A stretch of DNA of 64,000 nt, from positions 203,321 to 267,320 of IMG/VR virus record IMGVR_UViG_3300046542_000227. One strand, written 5' to 3'. Of this stretch, positions 8,857 through 16,851 are shown in pieces (the first letter of the stretch is position 1; each line of letters opens with the position of its first letter). The notes under the pieces were generated by a model that was not told where the DNA came from, did not search any database, and saw only the letters and a list, made by a program, of their open reading frames with translations. The position numbers and the translations under genes are program-made.

Positions 8857-10116
8857 ATGAGCGATAACGAACAACTCGACCAAGCTGAACAAGAAGCAGT
8901 CGACACGGCAGCCGCTAATGGCGAGCAGAATGACGCTGGCGGTGAAGCTGGCCCTACTGGCGAACAAAGCGGTGTTGCTGGTGATACCGGCGAAGGTGCT
9001 GACAATGGCGAAGCCCCTGCTGCCGAAGAAACCGATCCGGCCAGTGCTGAGCCGGAAAACGAACCGGACGTCGTAGGTCTGGCCCGTAACGCATACGAAG
9101 CCGATCCAGCGGTAAGTGACGAAGTCTGCATCGAGTTCGTGCAGAAGATCGCCGGTGAGATCATGGACATCGGCGGCATGTCGACTGCCTTGCTGACAGC
9201 GCTGATCAAAGGCCAGATCCGTTTCCCGGAATCCGACCTCAAGCACGTGATCGTGGTTTACCGTCAGCGTATCGAACTGCCTTCGGCGTGGGACGACAAA
9301 GGCGTGATCGTCTTCCTGCGTTCTGGCGAAGAGCCGAAGAAGACTTCCACTGGCGCCTGGGTAGTTGACGTAACCCGTAGCGGTCGTGTGGCTGCTGAAT
9401 GGTTGACTTCCGAACTGGAAGCGTGGGCCAAGCAAGAAATTCAAGCCGGCGGCAAAACCAGCGATGCTGGCGTAGCGCTGGAACTGAAAGCCCGCCTGGG
9501 CCTGAAGTGTGAAGACAGTCCGAAAGCGGTGCGTAAAGCTTACCGTGCTCTGGCTCCTTCCGATATCAAAGTCGTTGGCGCTGAAGCTTCCACTCCGGTG
9601 GTAGTCGAAGCCGCTACCGACACCGACGAAACCGAGCAACTGCAGCGTGCAAAAGCCGTCACTGCTCAGATCGAACAAGTAGAAGGTCTCACCACCATGA
9701 ACGTCGCAATGATCGATGATGGCCTGCGCAAGTACATCGAAGCTGTAGCGCCTAACCGCGTGATCGGCGAAGCTGCTGCGCTGAAAGCCCAGAACGACCT
9801 GGACAACACCCTGCAGTTGGCAGTGGGCCTGGAACCACAGGCCATGGTTGCGGCCATGGAACGCATCAAAGCCACCTTCAAGCGTGAGATGGCTGGCAAT
9901 GGCGTGTTCAGCTTCAACAACGTCTTCCGCTTCACCCACCTGATGCGCAACGACAACAAACGTCGTGATCGTCACGTTGGTATGCTGGAAGCCATGCGTG
10001 TGTTCTTCGCTGATGCCAAGGAAGGACGCAAGCAGGTTGACGTGCGTAATCTGCTGCAATACCAAGCTGACGAAAAAGCTGTACTGCTGGCCGAATACTT
10101 CGCCCGCATCGCCTAA
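8857..10116 (+). CDS. Conserved jumbo-phage protein with acidic disordered N-terminus (gp81 position)
   Basis: GAGGA RBS; strongly biased codons; followed by a hairpin element. Confidence 0.8.
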   Translation: MSDNEQLDQAEQEAVDTAAANGEQNDAGGEAGPTGEQSGVAGDTGEGADNGEAPAAEETDPASAEPENEPDVVGLARNAYEADPAVSDEVCIEFVQKIAGEIMDIGGMSTALLTALIKGQIRFPESDLKHVIVVYRQRIELPSAWDDKGVIVFLRSGEEPKKTSTGAWVVDVTRSGRVAAEWLTSELEAWAKQEIQAGGKTSDAGVALELKARLGLKCEDSPKAVRKAYRALAPSDIKVVGAEASTPVVVEAATDTDETEQLQRAKAVTAQIEQVEGLTTMNVAMIDDGLRKYIEAVAPNRVIGEAAALKAQNDLDNTLQLAVGLEPQAMVAAMERIKATFKREMAGNGVFSFNNVFRFTHLMRNDNKRRDRHVGMLEAMRVFFADAKEGRKQVDVRNLLQYQADEKAVLLAEYFARIA

Positions 10117-10156
10117 CGGTTATAGCCCTCCCTTTTGCGGGGAGGGTTTTATGCCG
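10117..10156. terminator. Hairpin-TATG element
   Basis: TATAGCCCTCCC-TTTTGCG-GGGAGGGTTTTATGCCG. Confidence 0.75.
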
Positions 10157-10240
10157 CCTAACGGCTAAATGTATGTGTCTAACCTTAGACCTGCCCACGC
10201 TAGGGTGCATTTATAACCATTCGGAGTCACGGAGCAAATC

Positions 10241-12331
10241 ATGCTCGAACTGCTACTCACCGTAGGGCGGAAGACGACCGCAGCTGATGATTCGGATGTG
10301 CCATTTAATCCAGGCACTCCGTTCAAAGGCGTAGTACCAGCAGCGTCCTTTATCACAGGCGATACTCTCGCCGCCGCCATCAACTACCAAGGTGGTGTAT
10401 CCATTAACACGGACGCTGGATGGCTGCACTTTATCGAAGACAATGGTCTTGAGCTGTATATTGCCAAGAAGCCATTGCGTTATGGTATCTCCCCATCATA
10501 CAACGCCGAAGCATATGCTAGTGTTAACGGTGAAATCAATATCGCTGGTACCGTATACGTAATACGGGACATGTACGGTGCCGCCAGTATTTCAGGCGGT
10601 TACGGTCCAAGCAACGCTGGCGGTGAATGGAACCGTTACATGTACAACGTCTACGATCAAACCGATCGGGCGGGTATTCCAGAGGCCCTACTCTGGGGTA
10701 ATTACACCAACCCAATGTTGGGACTCCCTACCTCAACCGACGGGACCGACCTAGGAGATGGCGTCTTCAGCATCTGTGCGGACCACATCGCTGAAGGCAT
10801 AATAGTGCGCGGCAATGACTGGTACAACAGCAGTGGTGGTTACCACATTAAGGGTATCTGGTACGCACCACCCGGTAATATCCAGTCCTATTATGGCTGG
10901 CGTCCCATCCTGATCAAGAAGTCCACGATTCCACCAACACCGTTCAAAGGTGTGGTAGCACCCGAAGACTTAATTAGCGCACCTGACCTCGCCACCACCG
11001 TCGGTCTAACCACCGGTTCCCTCGGCTACGATCCTAATCCGGGCTGGCTGAAGTTTGTCAACAATGGCAAAACCGTCTACATCGCCAAGAAGCCGTTCCG
11101 GGTTAGCATCCTCTGGACGACGCTCAATGACTTGGGTGTGGTCTTCGGTACCAAGACTCTGGCGATCGGTGGTAAGCTCTATAAAGTTCGCTTGATGACG
11201 GGTAGTAACACTGACCCAGCGGATTTGGCTGCTGGTGAGTACGACACTCTCTTCTCACGAGTCACTGCGCTATATAGCGGTCCTGGTGAGCGTTGGGGTG
11301 AGCTTACGTACGATGACGTCGGATGGTACGGGGGTACGGGCACAGGTGAATTGTGTCTGTGTCAAGAACAATACGGCGGTGGACCGCTAACCCGAGGCTA
11401 TCCTGGTTTCGGTGGTATGTGGTATCAAGTGCCTACCGATACACATCCTGGCTATAGCTGGCGTCCAGTGTTGGAGCTGATAGGTGATGCTCCTACCATC
11501 ACTGACAGTTGGACCAAGCTGGGTGATCTGCCTGTGGCGATCAACGGGGCATCGGCTTGTGTCATCGGCAACAAGATGTACGTGTTCGGTGGCCAAGATG
11601 CTGGCTTTGCGGTTAAAGGCGGACTGTACGAAGTTGACCTGACTACGGGTGCTGTAGTTACCAAAGCGTCCGATGCGGCCAGACGTTACCACACGGCGGC
11701 AGCGATCAACGGCAAGATGTATATCTACGGGGGCTACACCACAGCTTACGTGGGTGATGTCAGGGTCTATGATCCGGCAACCAACACTTGGGCGAACGGT
11801 GCATTAAACGGCGTTGCTACAGACCGACATGCAGGTGTGGTGTACAACAACCTGTTCTACAACTTCGGTGGTAACGCAAGTCAGACACAGGCACGTTCTT
11901 ATAACACAGTGGGTGCTGCATGGTCTAACTACACCCCAACTGGTCTGGGTGGTTCTCCTTGCTACTTGGGTTCGGCTGACGTCCTTGGCACCAACATCTA
12001 CACCCACACTGGCTACCAATCGCAGAAGCAGTTCCGTAAGATCGACATGGTTGCTAACGTGTCGAGTGCACTGGCTAACCCACCGCATGGTTCGTATGGT
12101 CATGCACACGGTGCGATGCAGGGTGGTATCTACCTGCTGGGTGGTACGGTTGACGTGACTGGTAAAGACAAGGTAGTTACTCGTTACGATATCAACTCGA
12201 ACACCTGGAGTTATCTCGGTGCGATTCCTTACACCATCGGTGAACGGGCAGCTTGTGCGCAGGATGCAACCAACATTTACGTAGTGGGTGGCGTGGGTAG
12301 TCCAACAGCGATATGGAAATACACCCCGTAG
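10241..12331 (+). CDS. Putative virion (tail/baseplate-associated) protein: two ~190-aa phiKZ-type repeat modules plus a Kelch beta-propeller
   Basis: Modules FKGVV...GWL.F...YIAKKP.R...GE(W/Y)...Y(G/S)WRP; C-terminal Kelch repeats (KMYVFGG, KMYIYGGY, YNFGG, IYLLGG, IYVVGG). Confidence 0.75.
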   Translation: MLELLLTVGRKTTAADDSDVPFNPGTPFKGVVPAASFITGDTLAAAINYQGGVSINTDAGWLHFIEDNGLELYIAKKPLRYGISPSYNAEAYASVNGEINIAGTVYVIRDMYGAASISGGYGPSNAGGEWNRYMYNVYDQTDRAGIPEALLWGNYTNPMLGLPTSTDGTDLGDGVFSICADHIAEGIIVRGNDWYNSSGGYHIKGIWYAPPGNIQSYYGWRPILIKKSTIPPTPFKGVVAPEDLISAPDLATTVGLTTGSLGYDPNPGWLKFVNNGKTVYIAKKPFRVSILWTTLNDLGVVFGTKTLAIGGKLYKVRLMTGSNTDPADLAAGEYDTLFSRVTALYSGPGERWGELTYDDVGWYGGTGTGELCLCQEQYGGGPLTRGYPGFGGMWYQVPTDTHPGYSWRPVLELIGDAPTITDSWTKLGDLPVAINGASACVIGNKMYVFGGQDAGFAVKGGLYEVDLTTGAVVTKASDAARRYHTAAAINGKMYIYGGYTTAYVGDVRVYDPATNTWANGALNGVATDRHAGVVYNNLFYNFGGNASQTQARSYNTVGAAWSNYTPTGLGGSPCYLGSADVLGTNIYTHTGYQSQKQFRKIDMVANVSSALANPPHGSYGHAHGAMQGGIYLLGGTVDVTGKDKVVTRYDINSNTWSYLGAIPYTIGERAACAQDATNIYVVGGVGSPTAIWKYTP

Positions 12332-12366
12332 CGGCATAACCCTCCCCTACGGGGGAGGGCTGTGTG
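12332..12366. terminator. CATA-hairpin element
   Basis: CGGCATAACCCTCCCC-TAC-GGGGGAGGGCTGTGTG. Confidence 0.7.
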
Positions 12367-12399
12367 TTTAAACCGAATTACAGCTTAAGGGTGAAAACC

Positions 12400-14322
12400 A
12401 TGTTGGAATATTTATTGGCATCAGGAACAGCCGCCGTGGAGGGACCATTTATCCCGCCAACGGTGGAGAGCGGTAAAGCGTTTAAAGGCTGGGTCAGCAG
12501 TGCGGCGCTGATCGACGGTGATGCATTGGCTACGGCCATTGGCCTGAGTGCAGGTACGTCGCATAACGCTGATGCTGGCTGGTTGCACTACATCGACGGG
12601 GCACGGGAGTTCTACATTGCCCGCAAGACCTTTCGTTATGGCCTAGGGCATGCCCCGATTGAAGCAGCCATCAGCAATGGCACCAAGGTAATCCAGATCG
12701 GCGCTGACTATTATAAGGTCAAGCAGATCTCGGCGATGGCTGCTGATCCATTCAGTAGTATCGTTGGCGTAGGTGGCGGTGGTGACTGGGATAAGTACAT
12801 CTATCCATTGGTCACCGGTCCAGCTCGGGCACAGATCACGGCTGAGGTTTGGTCGTACTATACCGAGAAGGATCTGGGTCTGTCACCGAACTGGGGCACA
12901 CAACCTAATGGATCGATCACACATGCTGCAGACAAGCACAGTGCGCTAACTACGGCACGTGCCTCCCGTGGTCGGAACTATGGCGGCGGGACGTCGATCG
13001 CTTCTGTGGTGGGTCGTACGGTTTATTACTCGGACAACCCTAACGAAGGTAACGCTGGTACGGGTCTGAACCAATACGGCTGGCGCCCGATGTTGGAGAA
13101 AACCACAGCGCCACCACCACCAGATGTATTCTACGGTGAGGTTGCGTCAGGAAGCTTCATCACACCGGGTGCGCTGACGACAGCGGTGGGTATGGGTGCC
13201 GTAGGTTCGGTTACCAACATTGATACGGTCTGGCTGAAGTATAAGATCGCTGGCAAGACTCTGTACACGCCGAAGCTACCACTGCGTCATGGTATTACGT
13301 GGGATGCTTTGAATGCCCTGGGCATCGTGTACGGTACGAAGGTAATCGTTATCGGTGGCAAGCGCTATTCGGTACGTCTGCCAAAAGGTGTCGATCCAGC
13401 AGTACCTTCCGCCAACGTCTACAACCCACTACACATGGGTGGTGACTTCAACAGCATGATCTATCCAGTCTATGGTGGTGTGGCCCTCAATAACGCACTG
13501 GTGCAAGCATATCCACGCTGGGCAGCTTACACAGATGCTGAGTTGGGTCTGAGTGTGTCTAAGTCGGGTATCCCTAATGGTGCCTTGACCATGTGCCAAG
13601 AGATGACCGCCAACGGTGGGTATCTGGTGCGGGGTTATAACGACAACGATAATGCTGGTACTGCACAGATCATCGCTGGCTGGTATGTCGGTGGTTCGGT
13701 TGTGCAGGCGTACGCAGGTTGGCGTCCGGTATTGGAAGAGTTGCCTGATCTGGTCGAGTCCTTCATGGGCGAGGTATCAGCAGCTAACTTCATCACTAAC
13801 AGTGCCTTAACCACAGCGGTCGGTGTAACCATGGGTACGCAGATCAACGCCAGTGAGGGTTGGTTGCATTACTACGTGGACAACACCGAGTACTATCTGG
13901 CGAAGAAACCGTTCCGTCAAAGCTTGACCCGAGAACACCTCCACTCGCTGGGGGCCGCAGTCGGGACCAAGACTGTAACGATCGGTGGCAACGTCTACAA
14001 AGTGCGACTGATGCTCTGTAAAGATCCAGCAGCAGCTAAGCCGGGTCAAGAATGGGCTAAGTTTATCTACCGTGTCTATGGGGGTTCTACAGCGAGCCAT
14101 CCAGATGTACAGGCACAGCCACGTTGGGCTGCTTACACCGATGCCGAGTTGGGCTTAGGTAATGAGAGTCCTGCAGATGGCCACATCAACATCGGTCAGG
14201 ATGCTTACAATGGGGGTTGGGCATCGCCTGGCTACCATAGTCCGACTGAACTGTGGTATCAACCTGCCAACACCACTAACGAAGGCTATGGATGGCGTCC
14301 GTTGCTGGAACTGGTACCGTAG
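12400..14322 (+). CDS. Putative virion protein with three tandem repeat modules of the same family
   Basis: ATG at 12400 after AAGGGTG; three F(K/Y/M)G(W/E)V...GWRP(M/V/L)LE modules. Confidence 0.75.
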   Translation: MLEYLLASGTAAVEGPFIPPTVESGKAFKGWVSSAALIDGDALATAIGLSAGTSHNADAGWLHYIDGAREFYIARKTFRYGLGHAPIEAAISNGTKVIQIGADYYKVKQISAMAADPFSSIVGVGGGGDWDKYIYPLVTGPARAQITAEVWSYYTEKDLGLSPNWGTQPNGSITHAADKHSALTTARASRGRNYGGGTSIASVVGRTVYYSDNPNEGNAGTGLNQYGWRPMLEKTTAPPPPDVFYGEVASGSFITPGALTTAVGMGAVGSVTNIDTVWLKYKIAGKTLYTPKLPLRHGITWDALNALGIVYGTKVIVIGGKRYSVRLPKGVDPAVPSANVYNPLHMGGDFNSMIYPVYGGVALNNALVQAYPRWAAYTDAELGLSVSKSGIPNGALTMCQEMTANGGYLVRGYNDNDNAGTAQIIAGWYVGGSVVQAYAGWRPVLEELPDLVESFMGEVSAANFITNSALTTAVGVTMGTQINASEGWLHYYVDNTEYYLAKKPFRQSLTREHLHSLGAAVGTKTVTIGGNVYKVRLMLCKDPAAAKPGQEWAKFIYRVYGGSTASHPDVQAQPRWAAYTDAELGLGNESPADGHINIGQDAYNGGWASPGYHSPTELWYQPANTTNEGYGWRPLLELVP

Positions 14323-14326
14323 CAAA

Positions 14327-14360
14327 CATCTAGCCCTCCTTCGGGAGGGCTTTATGTCGT
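14327..14360. terminator. Hairpin-TATG element
   Basis: AGCCCTCC-TTCG-GGAGGGCTTTATGTCG. Confidence 0.75.
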
Positions 14361-14408
14361 CGATGGTATGTTGATTGTTTTTGATAGTGGTAATAAAGGG
14401 AATTGGTT

Positions 14409-15362
14409 ATGTTGGAAACAATGTTAATGACGAAGCCACCTGCCGGATGGGTACCTGATCCGGACGGTAGTAGTTGGGTAGGGCTAGCTCCCGACTGGAC
14501 GCTTGTGGGTACTGGACCCATCAACACACCAACGTACAATAACTGCTTTGGGGCATATGGTGGTAAGCTGTACACTTTTAGTGGTGACCTAAATGCCGAA
14601 CTCTGGCAGGGCGACACAGCGAACCTAACTACATGGACAAAGAAGACCAATGGGGCATTAGCCAAGGATGATGCCGCAGGTTGTTTCTGTAAGGGCAAGT
14701 TCTATGTGCATGGTGGTTACGACACTGGTGGTAGTAACACCACCAACAACGTCATGCGAGCCTACGACCCATCTAAGAACACGTGGGCGGGCGTAGCAGC
14801 AGGTCCGGTTAAACGGGCAAGTCATGCTATGGAAAACCTGAACGACCAGATCTATCTATTCGGTGGGTATAGTGCAACATCGGGCGATCTTCTACTTGAC
14901 CTATGGCGATACAACCCAACCTCTAACGCGTGGGTTCGTTTAGCCGATGCGCCGAGTACACGTCGTGCCTTTGGTTTAGCTGCAGCCGACGGTAAGGTAT
15001 ACGTGTACGGAGGTTATACACTACCGGGACTTACAACAACAGACGGCTTCATGGTTTATGATGTCGCGACCAATACATGGTCTACATTACCCAATACACC
15101 GGGCCCGCGGTTTCAATGCACATTAACCGCACTGAATGGCAAGATCTATCTATTCGGGGGTCAACTTAGCAGCACCTACTACAACGAGTTATGGGTATTT
15201 GATCCAGTGGTGGGTGAATGGACGTTACTAACACCAGCGGCGCCATTACCAGCCGCCCGACGGTGGCATCATGCAGCAGTCCAGCAAAACAAGCTGGTGA
15301 TCTACGGTGGTTACACAGGTGCAGTTAACCGTGAGGTTTGGGTGTACACGCCGCCGGCATAA
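14409..15362 (+). CDS. Kelch-repeat beta-propeller protein
   Basis: Six GG-containing Kelch repeats (LYTFSG, FYVHGGY, IYLFGGY, VYVYGGY, IYLFGG, LVIYGGY). Confidence 0.85.
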   Translation: MLETMLMTKPPAGWVPDPDGSSWVGLAPDWTLVGTGPINTPTYNNCFGAYGGKLYTFSGDLNAELWQGDTANLTTWTKKTNGALAKDDAAGCFCKGKFYVHGGYDTGGSNTTNNVMRAYDPSKNTWAGVAAGPVKRASHAMENLNDQIYLFGGYSATSGDLLLDLWRYNPTSNAWVRLADAPSTRRAFGLAAADGKVYVYGGYTLPGLTTTDGFMVYDVATNTWSTLPNTPGPRFQCTLTALNGKIYLFGGQLSSTYYNELWVFDPVVGEWTLLTPAAPLPAARRWHHAAVQQNKLVIYGGYTGAVNREVWVYTPPA

Positions 15363-15370
15363 ACGTAAGA

Positions 15371-15410
15371 CGGCATAAAACCCCTCCCATGAGGAGGGGG
15401 CTTATGTCAG
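15371..15410. terminator. Bidirectional CATA-hairpin-TATG element
   Basis: CGGCATAAAACCCCTCC-CATGA-GGAGGGGGCTTATGTC between convergent genes. Confidence 0.8.
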
Positions 15411-15413
15411 TGT

Positions 15414-16043
15414 TTAAACAGGAACGATCTCGACGCGCTCTGTGGTTAACACACTACCAGTACTACGGCTGTACTTGCTGTAGACATAGCACTCGCGACT
15501 AATATTTAGTACGTGATTGATCTGCGTCGTATCATTCAACCATTGGTACTCCACAGTACCGTCGAAGTTAACGCCGCGCAATACCGCAGGTCCGGCATCC
15601 AACCCGAACATGGTGATGAGACGATCACAGTTACTGGTCATGACCTCATCCAAACCCTGCAGTAAATACTCACGGCGTGCTTCTGGAATACAAGTCAGTT
15701 GAATATGACGATCTAGGTCGGCCTGCGTAGTACCCAACTGACCTGGAATAATGTCTGCCAGTTTATTTGGGAAGATACCACCTAGCGAGTTACGGCAGGA
15801 ATGCATGTGTCGCTCTTTCAGCACGGAAGCCATCGCGTGGGTCACGTAGGTAAAGGTGATCTTACCATCCTCACCGCTACGGTTCATGCCATAGCTGGTG
15901 TAGCCAGCTACTTCCATTGCGGCATGGACCATCGCATGCCATGCTGGATCATCGACAGCCATGGTGATGTTGCGGTAGCCATCTTCGGCTTTGTACATCT
16001 GATACGAATCGATCTTGATTACTGGTTCGCCCTGATCCACCAC
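15414..16043 (-). CDS. Hypothetical protein (209 aa)
   Basis: Abuts the upstream MazG-like gene; ends at the hairpin element. Confidence 0.7.
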   Translation of the reverse strand: MVDQGEPVIKIDSYQMYKAEDGYRNITMAVDDPAWHAMVHAAMEVAGYTSYGMNRSGEDGKITFTYVTHAMASVLKERHMHSCRNSLGGIFPNKLADIIPGQLGTTQADLDRHIQLTCIPEARREYLLQGLDEVMTSNCDRLITMFGLDAGPAVLRGVNFDGTVEYQWLNDTTQINHVLNISRECYVYSKYSRSTGSVLTTERVEIVPV

Positions 16044-16475
16044 TCACCCCCGAAATGAAATATCACCGATGTAAGCCATGTTGTTTTGAGCACCATAGCG
16101 AATTGCCGCCGCCCTGACGAAGTTCCATTCAGGGATCGTCAAGGTTAGATTACCCGACTTGTACGCAAACATCGCGTAGTAACACATGCGGTCGATCTTC
16201 GAATACTTGATGTCGTAGATGTCATCATCCACGTCATCACTCTGCTGTGGGATCATGCTGTACGGACCCAGCGCATCACTAACCGAGTTTTGATCACCCA
16301 GTGTTTGTGCCACAGCCAGCATTTCAACGATCTCATTGCGCAGTTCAAAGATGGCCGCCCGACCTTTCCACGGACTGGCCACCCCTTGCTGCTGACACTT
16401 CATCGCTTCTTTAGCGACCTCACTGGCCTCTTCAGCCAACTTGCCTAAGAGGTACTGCACCCACGTCATGCTCAT
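16044..16475 (-). CDS. MazG-like all-alpha NTP pyrophosphohydrolase
   Basis: LLGKLAEEASEVAKEAMK...LRNEIVEMLAV (EExxE...ExxD-like pattern). Confidence 0.65.
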   Translation of the reverse strand: MSMTWVQYLLGKLAEEASEVAKEAMKCQQQGVASPWKGRAAIFELRNEIVEMLAVAQTLGDQNSVSDALGPYSMIPQQSDDVDDDIYDIKYSKIDRMCYYAMFAYKSGNLTLTIPEWNFVRAAAIRYGAQNNMAYIGDISFRG

Positions 16476-16851
16476 TTAACAGCTCCGCTAAGGCCCGGGC
16501 TTGTGATACCGGGGTAGTTGCAAAACGATCTGAGATCAATCCACCTGCCTCTGTAGCCTTAACCCGTAGCTCTGCGAACAGTTGAGGGTTTTCGTCTACC
16601 CAGCGACGCCACAGCTCCTTGTAGGCAGCATATAGGTCGATTGTAGGGTCAAGCGGTGGTTTACCTTTACCAATACGCCAGTCATCAACACCCAGATCAC
16701 CATAACCCTTAACACCGAGCTGGTAATGTTCCTCAATAGTAAACCCGTCACTAAGACGGGCTACTAATGCCGAGAAGCGACGGTCTCCTTTGGTGGAGAC
16801 TTCTATGCCGCCAAATCTTTCGAAGCGGAACTGGATGGACTGGCTGGCAGC
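16432..16851 (-). CDS. Unlisted conserved-looking phage domain with no usable canonical start; probable -1 frameshift extension of the DNA polymerase subunit
   Basis: Manual translation: ...RFGGIEVSTKGDRRFSALVARLSDGFTIEEHYQLGVKGY...WRIGKGKPPLDP...YKELWRRWVDENP...ISDRFATTPVSQARALAELLNE...; TGA at 16434-16432. Confidence 0.75.
   Translation of the reverse strand, partial: AASQSIQFRFERFGGIEVSTKGDRRFSALVARLSDGFTIEEHYQLGVKGYGDLGVDDWRIGKGKPPLDPTIDLYAAYKELWRRWVDENPQLFAELRVKATEAGGLISDRFATTPVSQARALAELLNEHDVGAVPLRQVG

Noticed and set aside
10241-14322. Diversity-generating retroelement
   Set aside because: No reverse transcriptase and no near-identical repeat with adenine-specific mismatches; the repeat differences examined are synonymous.
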